Below the pieces are notes generated by a model. It ran no database searches. It saw only the letters and a program-made list of their open reading frames with translations, and was not told the DNA's origin. The translations under genes and the position numbers were made by a program. Below, piece after piece: positions 1 to 11,330 of a DNA stretch of 19,697 bases. Each line of letters begins with the position of its first letter. Position 1 is the first letter of the stretch. Location: assembly GCA_024626585.2 (NCBI GenBank), contig JANKJI020000002.1, positions 37,554,173 to 37,573,869 on the forward strand. Reading direction: 5' to 3'. This stretch comes from Ginkgo biloba (Eukaryota; Plantae; Ginkgophyta).

Positions 1-104
1 TAAATACTTCAGTAAAGTTTCAGGAATAATATTAAAGATTTTGATTAAATTAATGAGGGGAGATGGCCAAACATGCCGATTTTTTTACTATTATAGATAC
101 TTTT

Positions 105-190
105 TTTAATAGTTTTATATAGTTTATAGATTATATATAGTTTTATATAATATCTATATAGTTTTGAATAACTTTGTATATAGTTTTACA
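105..190. repeat. Low-complexity AT-rich repeat of a TATATAGTTTT-like unit
   Basis: ATAGTTTT/ATAGTTT recurs about five times within ~85 bp. Confidence 0.5.
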
Positions 191-1624
191 AACATTAAAT
201 TTAGTATTTTGATGAGATAAGTCTAGTTTTTTCATGACTTTTTATCTCAAAATCATGTAAATGAATCTTCTTGTAATCACACTAATTAAAATGCCTTCTT
301 CACAATGTAAAACCTTGACATTTCATATACCAAGGAATAAAAGACTTAATGCCAATACAAATAACTCCACTAGGGAATTATCTAAGAAAAATAATTCATC
401 TATTGTTGGTCCTCCTCCATCTATAAAACATTTAATGAATTATTTACAATGTCTTTGTTCATATGAAATAGTGAGGAGTAAATATTATTTGTCCTTGAAG
501 ATTATTCGTTGTAAGAAAATTAGAGTAGATACTATTGTAATAATCTGTGGAAAAGAAGCATATATCAAATGTAAAACATTTCAAAAATTGGGTTCACTTA
601 TTGATGCAAGCAGGGTTACGAAGGATCCATTAAATGTTGTATTTCTTTTGGTGCATACTCATGAGTTTGTTATGAGGGCCATATTTTTTAAAATAAGGAA
701 TGAGTTTGTCAAAAAAAAATCCAGAGCAAGGCCAGATTGAATCCATTTCAGATGAGATGAATGGTGCAGAAATGACTGATGAGCATTTTGGAGGTAATGG
801 ATGCATTTGAAGCAGGACAAATGCATACAAAGCGATGTTGATCCCTCCAGCACTGCTAGGATCCCAACCGAATCTTCCGATGGGTTAATATAGTCCAGAT
901 AGATGGCTTCTTTCAATTGGTCACATGCTTTCATCACAAGGATGTGCCTCTTCTAGCAAATAACCTTTGGAACAGATATATGTTATTAATTATTTGATAT
1001 GATTTAATGAATAGAAGGAAGGAAAGTCCTACGCTCCAAATATTATTATTGTCTCTGTCACAAACCTTAAGGGCCTAGCCTTAATAAGTGCACAAGCTCT
1101 CAGATGACATTTATTATGTCCATGCTGTAGACTACCAGTTAAAATCACACAACACCACAAACACAAATCATGAAAGCAAGATAAAATTTAAATTCTGAAT
1201 GCATTGTNNNNNNNNNNNNNNNNNNNNNACCAGGGTTACCCCCAACAGAGATTTGTAACAGCACGCTACCTTGTACCTGCAACACAAACATGCTCCAGCA
1301 TGCACACATCAAGTATTAGCACATATTATATAACCATTCATGCATGCTAAGGTACATAGATAGGACTGCTTAATCTAAGGGACAGTGATATGGGGACTCA
1401 ACAACCATTGTTGGCCTAAGGGCTTATTGTGTTAGCAACGAAAACCTCCGATGGCATCCCCATGCACACCATTCACACCTGGCAGTTATGACTTCTCTGT
1501 TAGACCCCACCACTTCACCCAATGTCAATAAGGGGGCAATGCCATAAGTATCATTTCAACCACTCTTTTCACCAGGAAACCTAAATAGGCTCCACCCTTG
1601 ACTAGCAGCTTTTAATAGTAATAG

Positions 1625-1790
1625 TTTATGGTACCTGTTTGGCAGTACCCTTTCAACCCATTTATATTGATTTATGGTACTAAGGTGACTAACAATTCAG
1701 TGGGCATCTTTTCAACCCGATATTCACCCCCTCTATTTTCGACCTGTATGGCTAACAAAACAATGGGTATCCTTTCAACTAGATAGCCAC
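1625..1790 (+). repeat. Degenerate ~60-bp-period tandem repeat
   Basis: ctaacaattcagtgggcatcttttcaacccgata (~1689) versus ctaacaaaacaatgggtatcctttcaactagata (~1752), with a third CCTTTCAACC core at ~1649. Confidence 0.55.
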
Positions 1791-2746
1791 AAAATCCAAC
1801 TAGGGCTATTCCAATCCCACTGCCAGTCCATATGAAATATGCCCATAAAAATACCAAAAATGAACTGGGCTCCATAATTGCCTAGTGCACATCCATTACA
1901 AACCCATGCCAACCTACTGTCAAGACCTAGGGTTTGGACAAAAATAGGGAAAAATAGTCAACAACATGTAAAGGAAGGGTTTACCAATTAAAATGGCATC
2001 CTCATGCACCATGATTAGCCATAAATGCATTAAATCATCTCCAAAATCAGTCCAAGGAGAGACACCCTACTACTAGCATTCTGTTCATGCTTTAATTTCA
2101 TCATAATCGATTTGTATCATGCACAGAGATGAAATGAATGTTTTTTTCAGCTAGAGTATTACTATTACTTATAGTTTATGAAACTTACCCCATAAAACCC
2201 TAGATGATGTCTTCTGTAGAAACCAGATGAAAAATCCCCGCAACAGCTTCCTTGACAGTAACGCTTTGGTCTGCAACTAGCAACTGAAGCAGAAAGTGTC
2301 TTCAGAGAGAGGTGCACTGCTCCTCAAGGGCCTACATCACTTTTTAGGGGTTTTTGAAGGTACCATGACAGTTGCATTGCCCAAACAACCCTTAGGATGA
2401 TGACGTTACCCTACAAGAACAATGCCTTCCTTCTTTGAATGAAATTGGCCCTAGCAAGATGTCTATACTTCAGCCATATAACAAATATTCAGATCTAATT
2501 TTTTGCTGCTGCAAAGTGCCCAAAGAGCAAATAGAGTGATAGAAAGCCAAGAGAAAGGGAAAAGTCAGAAAGAATGTCAAAGACCTAAAAAGATTCCCAA
2601 GCCCAAACATGAATCTTCATAAATAATACTTATGTGCTATCATACTCATAGATTGGTTAGACTTGTGTTGAAACCGCCCTACATCCCAATTGCTAATCTA
2701 TGGGTCGTTTCCCACATGTGGCTTCTCCATTAGGAGCACCCTACAC

Positions 2747-2862
2747 TAGGATTCTCACTTGTTGCTTAGTAATTTTCCTTTCTTGCTTATCAAGGCAATC
2801 CCGTAGGATTCTCAATAGGATTCTCATTTGTTGCTAAGTAATTTTCCATTAGTGGCAATCCC
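2747..2862 (+). repeat. Short direct duplication, ~69-bp offset
   Basis: taggattctcacttgttgcttagtaattttcc (2747-2778) versus taggattctcatttgttgctaagtaattttcc (2816-2847). Each copy is followed shortly by GGCAATCCC. Confidence 0.8.
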
Positions 2863-2942
2863 ATATCTAAGCCTAATGCCAAACCTATCCCCATCTCAAA
2901 GCCTATACAATATAGGTATCATGATATGTCATGTACAAAAAT
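2851..2942 (+). repeat. Left arm of ~91-bp inverted repeat (partner 5619-5709)
   Basis: agtggcaatcc...catgatatgtcatgtacaaaaat equals the reverse complement of 5619-5709 with about 7 differences. The arm is cut off by the N-gap at 2943. Confidence 0.92.
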
Positions 2943-3396
2943 NNNNNNNNNNNNNNNNNNNNNNNNNNNNNNNNNNNNNNNNNNNNNNNNNNNNNNNNNN
3001 NNNNNNNNNNNNNNNNNNNNNNNNNNNNNNNNNNNNNNNNNNATGTCTATTCAAATTCCTACATATTTAGTTATAAAAAGAGAACTTATTCCATGTATCC
3101 TCCATGTTAAAGGAAGTTTTGTGAGTATCATAAATAGTTTTGCCACATGCAAAACACAAAAAAGGGTCTATTAAAGCTTCCTAGTAATCACTCATTTGAT
3201 AGTTTTATTTACACCCCTTCATGAAACTTGCTATGGGGTAAAAACATGGTGTTGAGAACCTTAAGCACAAGCCAATATTTTATGGGTTTAATATCATCGT
3301 GTTATATTTGACAGAATACTGAAAACAATTGTACAAGATAACAAAATGTAGGTTTAGTTATGAAACACGAACAAAATTGAAAGATAGATGGAAAAC

Positions 3397-3488
3397 CTTC
3401 TTGGACTGTAAGAGATGTGAATAAGAAGCCTCTCATCCGATTCCCCATTTTCATAGACCGGTGCACCTGTTGCAATTGCCTTCAATGT
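3397..3488 (-). CDS. ODR4: Next coding exon (92 nt, phase 0/2) of protein ODR-4 homolog
   Basis: Minus strand reads ttgtggcaacAG|ACATTGAAG...CCAAGAAG|GTtttc and translates TLKAIATGAPVYENGESDERLLIHISYSPR(R). This matches the recalled plant ODR4 continuation TVKxVAxAAP...ERLLIHISYSPRRW and is in frame with the upstream exon. Too short to appear in the ORF track. Confidence 0.88.
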
Positions 3489-5618
3489 CTGTTGCCACAA
3501 TGAAGAAGCATTTTGATCTTTACAATGAAAGACATGAAGAGGTGTATGGGGAATTTTTTTTCATGTTTGTATCTTTAATGAAGTAAAACTAAACATTTCT
3601 TCCTCTAACGAGATAAATTGAAATAGTTTAAAGTGATAGATTATACTATTGAATTCTTGCCAATCATAGGTGCAAAATAGTTTTCAATTCACAAATGCAT
3701 AGTTATCAAAAATATGAATAATTGTTTGATTTTTATATTGTCAAAACAAGAAACAACAAGTAACATGAAAGAAATGGAGATAGAGTTTTTTTTTTCATAA
3801 AAAGCCCTTTGAAATCATGTTAAAATTAACAAGGTGTGTCATTTTATATCATGAGAAGTGAAAATAATATGCATGATTTAAAATGGAATGACAAAAATCA
3901 ACAATTCTTATATAAGTAGAAACTAAGCATTAATTTTATGTTTTCCTTTGTAATACACAGGGATACAATGTGACATGATGTTGTAAGAAGGCTAGATGAA
4001 TGTGCCACAAGGAATAACCGTTTTGATAATTAATATAAGAGACCAATTTAGGGGGGAAAAAGGGTTAGCCTCTATTATTATAGCTTGGGGAAAAAACAAT
4101 ACATGTGGTGAAGAGAAAACAAAGAGAAACTAATGACATCAAGTCAAGGGAATAGGAATTGCCCATAGCAAAGATAAAGACCTTATGCAAGACCTTCCAA
4201 AAGCCTCAAGATGGCATACAAAAGTCCGAGAACTTGTATGACCCATTTGGCCAAGCCAACATCTTTGTTGGAAAGCACATGTAGTGAGACATAGGGCTTT
4301 TTGTGCCATTTAAGGGAGCAATCACAAGCCTATATTTGACCTGTACAACCCTATGAGGGCATTACAAGGTATTCTGCCATTGGGAGATTGGTTATGGTAG
4401 ATAGAAGCCAAAATGGGAACAGATCAGACATAAAGTCAACACAATCAACCAAAACAAATTTTAAGACAGTTAGGGCTAAATGTGAGACTACTAAGTCATC
4501 CTCGTTAAGGTGGCATACAACTACCAAAAGCAGCAAATGCCTACATATATACACTTGGAGACCTCAATTCTCTTAGGACAATACCCTTCAATATCATAAT
4601 GGCACCTTTGATAGTCAGTACACTCTTTAACATTGTCACACTATTGCATCATATCTGATGTATAGCAAACATAGCTTTAGGACAAGAGAGGTACCCATTT
4701 TTCTCCTTGCTCTCCTCCATGGACTTAGCCTCTAAAGGCTTTAGTTGGTGCTAGAATGCAAAGGTCACCACTTTATTGGTAGGGTTAGCACCCAATCAAC
4801 CTCTCACTTCAAAGTTGGACCACTATTATTAGACTTATCTCTATATCACAAATGGGCTCATCACCCCAGCAAGTTACACGAGACTTCACTTGTCTCATGG
4901 TTTAAGGATCTTGATGGGGCAAATGAAATTAGAGGGAGATATTACTGCCTTTCTAAGGCTCCTAGGTGCCCGTTCCAACTTTCTTCAGATACCCAAACCA
5001 GAGGTGTATGGCTATTTTCCTTGGGGCGATTACTTTCTTCTGTCAAAAGCTATTGACACCCACTACTACAACCATTAGGGATAAGAATAAATGGATCACT
5101 TCCTTCTTTCATTCTACGAATGAGAGCTCTAGTCGAAAGAATCACATTGTGCAAGATATACAATAAAGGATCATTGGACACTAGCTCACACACCAGCAGT
5201 GATTATGACATCACCTACTTCGATCATCTGACAGGAGGAGGCTCCCTAGCTAGAATCCCCCTACCTAGAGGCAAGACCCACACAACAAACATAGCGCCAT
5301 GTTGCTACTTGATAAACAGATCACCAATTTTTTCTTAGCAACCACTGCTCCCTCTGCCTTAGATGTTAGGACAAATAGGATTAGATCATCTTTTGCCCTT
5401 AGATCTATGGCATAGTCATTGAGTGGTATATCTTGTGGATGAGACATGAGCTCGAAGTGATGCACACTCTTATGACAATTAAATATTGCCATTCACTTCT
5501 AAGAGGTGCTCGGGTAAAAGCCTTCCATTGTCTTATATTGTACATTACCTTGTTTTAGGTTTTTCTTGGATTCTCATGTTGAGTGCAAGGTTGGCATTTT
5601 AACCTATTTGCCTTGCAC

Positions 5619-5709
5619 ATTTTTGTACATGACATATCATGATACCTATTTTGTATAGGCTTTGAGATAGGGTAGGTCTAGCATTAGGCTTAGATACAGG
5701 ATTGCCACT
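5619..5709 (-). repeat. Right arm of ~91-bp inverted repeat (partner 2851-2942)
   Basis: Its reverse complement is agtggcaatcctgtatctaagcctaatgctagacctaccctatctcaaagcctatacaaaataggtatcatgatatgtcatgtacaaaaat. Confidence 0.92.
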
Positions 5710-6805
5710 CTCACACCCACACAAATTATCTCACATGATGTACAATTTATTGTCCTATTGACCACTTTTGGTCATCAATGGACATTAACACTATTTGTTT
5801 CTTTCTCATCTCATCTCATAAGCCCATCTTCGACTAGAACAAGAACAAGTACTTTTCCCTATGGGGTCACTTTTGAATATTTGCCTTGCCTTTAGGATGT
5901 TAATTTCACCAAGCTTGCAATTGGTGTCGAGTCAAATTCCTAAGTTACTAGTCTAGATTACTAACGAGACTTCGGGATCATTCCATGCACAAAGGTCAAT
6001 CACATCAATAAATGAGATCTCAGGAAGTCAACAACAAAAATATATCTCATTAATACGTGGGAAGGACAATCTAGGTTAAATTTGAAGAAGGATAATTATT
6101 GGCTTCAAATTTACAATGGCAGGAAGCCGATAACATCAAGAAAGGCCACAAAATTGGTCTGAAAATTAGTCGTGTTCGACTGTCGAAACTAGGACCAAAA
6201 TTACCAATGGGATCCAAGACGCAACACCCCTTAACGAGGTCCTAAGGGCAACGCTCACTCACCATATGGCCAATTTACACTTTAAAATTTTGAAGTCCTA
6301 TTATTTTTCGTGAGGAAGAAGCATGTCACAAGAATTTGTCAATGTCGCACACAATTGTAAGATTATAATGACCCACGACATCTACAACAAGATGTAACAA
6401 TTATGGGTAGAAACTAAGCATCTGACCAATTATCCATCGCCATGATGCAAGTTATTTTTAAGAACCTGACTAATTGAAAATCTCCATACAATCGGATTTC
6501 TAATTCCATTGCTAGATTGATGAAAGCATGTTTTTGCAAGATGGTTAATTCATTTCTTTGCAGCAGATTCGGTCCCTCGCTAATCTGGTAAACCCCGATA
6601 GCGAAAAAAAAAAAAAAAGACAAGATATTCTTCTAAGGGCAACTAAGATTTCCCTCAAGACGAAGATTTCAGGCCAAAGAGTACCAGAAAATGACGCATC
6701 ATCATNNNNNNNNNNNNNNNNNNNNNNNNNNNNNNNNNNNNNNNNNNNNNNNNNNNNNNNNNNNNNNNNNNNNNNNNNNNNNNNNNNNNNNNNNNNNNNN
6801 NNNNN

Positions 6806-7621
6806 GCTACTCCCACCAACTGAGTCATTGGAACAAAGACCAATTATGTGAATCATAAAATTCTATAATTGAGGACAATAAGGGGTTCCTTGGGTTAGTA
6901 TCTTAGTTATTATAGTGGCGGAGTGAATTGCAGAGAAGGAACATACCACCTAGTGAGAAGTAATTCCTTGTAAGAAATCGAATGGAGAAGAAACCATATA
7001 GAATGATGAGTGTGAGGAAGTTCATATTGATTGGTGTGTAATTGAGATCATGAGAACCTACAAGTCCCAATGTGTTGGAGCCAAGGAATCGATTCAAGAT
7101 TATAATTGGAAAGACTGGGAAAACTGTCAAGTTGAGGTAGCATAGGAGGACACTCAAGATTGGGCATACCCAAGTAGAACCATTGATAGAGAAAACTTGA
7201 GGTATATCTAAGAACCCTAACAAAGCACCAAACTAGGGAAGTTAGAAGAGGCATTGAAGATTCTACCAAAGTAAGAGTAAGTTGCACAAGACCCAAGTAG
7301 AACTATCGATAGAGGCAACTTAAGGGACTACTAGGTTTGTTGTGAATTACTTAATTATTGTAATATATTGCAATACCCTTTATTAGTGAGGAGATCTATG
7401 GTGGCTAGTTGTAATGATTGATGGGTTTTGATTAATGACATCTGGAGTTTTATTCCCCGAGAGGGTTTATCTAGTTCAAAAGTTGTTGCTCATATGAATT
7501 GCCATGTGTGGTGTGTGAGTGACTTGTGTTGTTTTATTTCTTTTCTATGTGCACTCTATAATATTATTGAAAGCTTCCACTGGGGGGGAGGTCGGTCCCT
7601 CTTATTTCCCGACACCTAACA
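6806..7621 (+). mobile_element. LTR (solo or 3' LTR) of an LTR retrotransposon
   Basis: Ends ...CCTAACA at 7621 with no primer-binding site after it. It has a U5-like TTCCCCGAGAGGGTTT motif and a GT-rich tract, plus an internal 35-bp direct repeat (7168-7202 and 7291-7325, ACCCAAGTAGAAC...). The 5' end is probably in the gap. Confidence 0.55.
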
Positions 7622-8343
7622 GGCCTGGCGCACTTGGTGCATCCCGCCGACTTTAGCTGGCGAGGGTCTATTGTTGAGATCCTAAAGGCAGTCGGTGATT
7701 GTCGCTGATTTCTAGCCTGAGCATGACAAATCCATTGTGTGTGTTGGATTGGCAGACCGTCTGCATCATTTAGCTCAGTTGTTTGAAGTTTCCTTGCTTG
7801 TTGCTCTTCATTTCTTCCTTGTTGCTTGACTACTCACTACTCACTGCTCCTCTTTCTCCTTTCTTCCTTCTCCTTTCTTGACTACTCACTGTTGAATAAC
7901 TTCTTAGTTCTCACTTCTCACTGCTCAAAAATTAGTACTCAAATTCGCTCCTTTGAACTTTCTCATTGCTTAGTACTCAAAATGAAAAATCACTTCTCTT
8001 TCTCCTTTCTCACTATTGAATAGGGTTTAAATCTTTGTTATGGGTAACGTAGTCAGATATTTTAATATTTATCACCTCTTTTTTTTATTAAATCAATTTT
8101 TTTACTTTTTTTTAAAGAGAACCCCACTTTTTAGCCAGGTTCTTGAGGGTGCATTGGGGTTTTGATCCTCATGCGATCCGATCCGTCAAGTGCGCACCCC
8201 AATTAGTCTCGAGGTGTATTAGGGTGCGCTGCATCGCATGCGGCGCACCCAAGCAACACCCAATGCGCCTCAGGGCACACCCGACCCCGCACCTACGCAC
8301 CTAGTGCAGGGTGCGCCCCAAGTTCGCGAACCCAGTTACCCTG
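7622..8343 (-). mobile_element. Terminal segment of a hAT-like DNA transposon
   Basis: The terminus reads CAGGGTAACTGGG on the minus strand. About 200 bp of GC-rich subterminal GCACC/GGTGC repeats in both orientations (8148-8320) follow, then an AT-rich tract, a telo-box TAGGGTTT (8021) and a purine-rich leader. No transposase ORF or second TIR was seen. Confidence 0.5.
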
Positions 8344-8345
8344 GT

Positions 8346-9063
8346 CAAAAACCAGGTTAATCTGTCCAAGAATACATTGACATTTTTCACAAAAGGTCAA
8401 TCATGCTCGAAGTCATCGATGATGAGCACGTCCAGATGCTAAAGTTTATAGGAGGACTCTACCCCTCATTTAAGGAAGAACTTGAATTGTTGGACATCCC
8501 CACTCTGGACAAAGCCTTCAAGTTTTCCCTAGCAAAGGAGCGTCGCCTACAGAAGTGGCATCTTGCCTCCACCCCCACCACTAGTTCACTTAGTCCATAG
8601 CAAGGCTTCAAGGGAACTTATCCCCCAAACAATATTCTTAGCACCAACATCTTCTCTTAGTCCAAACTAGCAGTCACATGCACCTGTATCCCAACCTAGC
8701 CCTTCTACCACACATAATGGAAAAGGATCTTGCAAGCATTGTCGTTAGCATAAATGCTAGGGCCATTTTGATGATGAATGTCTCACTCAAAAGCGATAAG
8801 CTAAAGGAAACACACTCACGGTCAAGGCTACAGAATCTTTCGACGATGAAGATCCAAAGATTCTCCACACTCAGGTGACCACCAATCCCGGTTTCACTCT
8901 CACGATACAACCACTCCCTACAGCAACTACCCGAGAGGCCCTATTCACATAGAATTGCCAAATCTAAGACCAACTTTGTCTCCTCATTATTGACAACAAG
9001 AGCATGAGGAATCTGGTATCGAAAAAGCTCGTTAACGAGCTTAAGCTGCCCACAAAATCTCAT
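8346..9063 (+). mobile_element. Decayed Gypsy (CRM/chromovirus-like) gag-protease fragment
   Basis: Gag: QKPG*SVQEYIDIFHKRSIML...MLKFIGGLYPSFKEELELLDIPTLDKAFKFSL. Zinc knuckle: CKHCR*HKC*GHFDDEC (~8730-8780). Retropepsin: LFT*NCQI*DQLCLLIIDNKSMRNLVSKKLVNELKLPTKSH (8941-9063). Multiple stop codons. Confidence 0.85.
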
Positions 9064-9380
9064 TGTTGGATGTGTTGCATCTTTGCAACGAAATTCGGCT
9101 AAGAAATATTCTATGTAAACTAGCAGTTTGATACAGTGAATGGTAACTACAAAGGATACCAATCTGTCTGTCAAGTGACTCGTAACTCCTGCAAACCGAC
9201 TGGTAGCTACAGCCGACAACTGAAAATGAAAGCGACGGCAAGTTCCGGAAGTTTATGCACATGCATAGAACGGATATTTTAAAGGTTGGTTGTGTTAGTG
9301 AAATGCATATATACATATATATATATATATATGAAATGCATTTGAAACAATATACACAAGTATGTATGTACAAGAAAGTA
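9064..9380 (+). mobile_element. LTR-like insertion beginning TGTTGG that interrupts the protease frame
   Basis: Protease similarity stops abruptly at ...TCTCAT|TGTTGGATG. TGTTG is a typical Copia LTR start. The sequence runs into a gap. Confidence 0.55.
9307..9332. repeat. (AT)n microsatellite
   Basis: atatatacatatatatatatatatat, flanked by GAAATGCAT at both 9300 and 9333. Confidence 0.85.
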
Positions 9381-9480
9381 NNNNNNNNNNNNNNNNNNNN
9401 NNNNNNNNNNNNNNNNNNNNNNNNNNNNNNNNNNNNNNNNNNNNNNNNNNNNNNNNNNNNNNNNNNNNNNNNNNNNNNNN

Positions 9481-9980
9481 ATAATTTATTAGATTAAGAT
9501 AGAATAGAAGGATATGCAAAATATGATGACCAAGCCAGTGATCCGTATGGATTAATTTTAGATTCAACATGTGCCTTCAATATTGAATCCTTTGGATTCA
9601 TAGTATTCTACTCCTCCTCCTCTCCCTTCCTTATCTACTTCTAGCACTTAACACATATAAATTGTATCTTTCCCTAATTGGTTCATGGTTCTCTACTTAT
9701 CCTATAGGATAGTTTCCTAAGTACATGTTATTTACTAAACAATAGAATTATGGGTATACATTCTCACTCTCATGTTGAAAAATGCCTTTTCCTCAATCTA
9801 TTATTTAACTTCATCTAAACTAAATCTCTCATATTATCCATATATCCATCTCCATATGGACCACTCCTTGGGTTGTTCACCCATTTTTCCTATCTTAAGA
9901 ACTAATAATGCTCTTCTTACTAGAAAACTCCATGCTACCTATTATAAAGCTATCTCCATAATATACTCTACTTAATAGGC
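9481..9980 (-). mobile_element. Possible heavily decayed LINE ORF2 endonuclease N-terminus
   Basis: A minus-strand frame with many stops contains ITCT*ETIL and VLEVDKEGRGGGV, resembling the QET and GRxGGV motifs of L1 APE domains. Confidence 0.35.
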
Positions 9981-10370
9981 CAAATTTCTCACAAGTGTTC
10001 TAACAAGGCAGTGCTTTCATTTTTTGTCTTTCTAGTCCCATTTGGGGTCCAAATACCCAAGTGTCATATGTTTTCCAATACCTCTCTTTAAGGAGCGTTA
10101 AATGGGGCCAAACTAAATTTGATTGATGCTTTTTGACTCAAGCCATTGGCCCTCAAAATTCTAGTTTTGTTATTGAATTTGTATAATCCCCGAGGTGTTT
10201 AAAAAGAAATTTGATTTGATTGGTTGATGGAGCATCATAGTAGGAAATGTCTTAGGTAAGTTATATGATAATTTTTTGTTATAACATTTTTCTCTGCCCC
10301 CTTGAGCTCATTGTGCTCAATGAGGCACTTTTGCTACAAATCTCTTCATTACATTTAGATTGTCCCTTTA

Positions 10371-11330
10371 AGGACAATTCTTCGCTCTATGACCTTTGCC
10401 TTTATGTATAAAGCATAAGTGCCCTTGAAATGTGTTCATCATTCAATTTGGGATTGTGGTGTTGTGACTCTGTTTTGTACATTACATTTTATTTTGCTAA
10501 TACTTGCTCATGCCATTTTCTTTGAAGGCTTGTACTAAACTCCTTTATTTGGCTTGATCTATTTTTTATGCTCTCTACCATTCAAGCCTTGTTGATGGCT
10601 TCTTTCAAAGTCTCAAGTTTTGCTATAGCCATTGTTTGCTCGATATTCATATCAAAGTCTGTGATGAAGGATGAATTTATAACATTTTTAGCAATTTTGG
10701 TGTTTGGCTATAAATGTTGCCAAAGATCCTATTTGTCTTAGGTCATCCACTTCCCNNNNNNNNNNNNNNNNNNNNNNNNNNNNNNNNNNNNNNNNNNNNN
10801 NNNNNNNNNNNNNNNNNNNNNNNNNNNNNNNNNNNNNNNNNNNNNNNNNNNNNNNNNNNNNNNNNNNNNNNNNNNNNNNNNNNNNNNNNNNNNNNNNNNN
10901 NNNNNNNNNNNNNNNNNNNNNNNNNNNNNNNNNNNNNNNNNNNNNNNNNNNNNNNNNNNNNNNNNNNNNNNNNNNNNNNNNNNNNNNNNNNNNNNTATGC
11001 CTTTACCATCGAACTCAAGCATCTTCAACTTGCACAATAACATGTCCTATTGATAATTGTGCTTTCCTTTGCTTCGACAATGATTGTTCTAAGTTAAATT
11101 GTCCAATTCTATTTCATACACTTACACTTCTTCTATTCTCAAAAACTTTTTAGGGGCTTCTAATAAGGCCTTCTTTCTGTTCGTTATACTTTCTCATATA
11201 CATTCTTCCCAAGAAGGGTCTTCTGCTTTGTTGATTTTTCATTTAAGAAACTTTAACTCTCAATTCACTCAATTTTTTCAGTTGCTCTTCAATAAGTTTC
11301 GTAACTACTCCATGTTCCTTGTGGATGCCA
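10371..11330 (-). mobile_element. Decayed Gypsy gag fragment spanning a gap
   Basis: On the minus strand, in order: KLKMLEFDGKG (~11030-11000), DLRQIGSLATFIAK (~10745-10705), FITDFDMNIEQTMAIAKLETLKEAINKA*MVE, and the zinc knuckle CFIHKGKGHRAKNCP (10415-10371). Stops and frameshifts are present. Confidence 0.75.

Larger units (their letters stand above)
1056..2942 (-). mobile_element. Long LTR-like relic (Tekay/Del-type Gypsy)
   Basis: Minus-strand end ...GTTTGTGACA at 1056. Non-coding, with a GGTAAG donor-like site (~2185), a TGTTGCAGGT acceptor-like site (~1277) and internal degenerate tandem repeats, as is typical of long Tekay/Del LTRs. The right boundary is uncertain because it runs into a gap. 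Confidence 0.45.

Noticed and set aside
261-740. 159-aa + strand ORF and overlapping minus-strand ORFs (630-937)
   Set aside because: AT-rich composition with no recognisable domain. They do not encode the expected next ODR4 exon (RWxCRNC...). A faint Harbinger-like wording at ~790-980 is too weak to call.
1231-1240. CAGGGTTACC as the partner TIR of the 8343 terminus
   Set aside because: Only a short partial match, without subterminal repeats, and it would place a host exon inside the element.
3489-3519. Intron 3' end translates NASSLWQQ, echoing the end of the upstream exon (NSSLVLWQ), with an alternative AG at 3519-3518
   Set aside because: Nucleotide similarity is low, and the alternative acceptor adds 29 nt and breaks the frame. 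Most likely chance.
2851-5709. Pack-MULE or TIR element that captured an ODR4 exon
   Set aside because: No TSD outside the arms (ttttccatt versus ctcacaccc), and the exon is in phase and order with the upstream exon outside the putative element.
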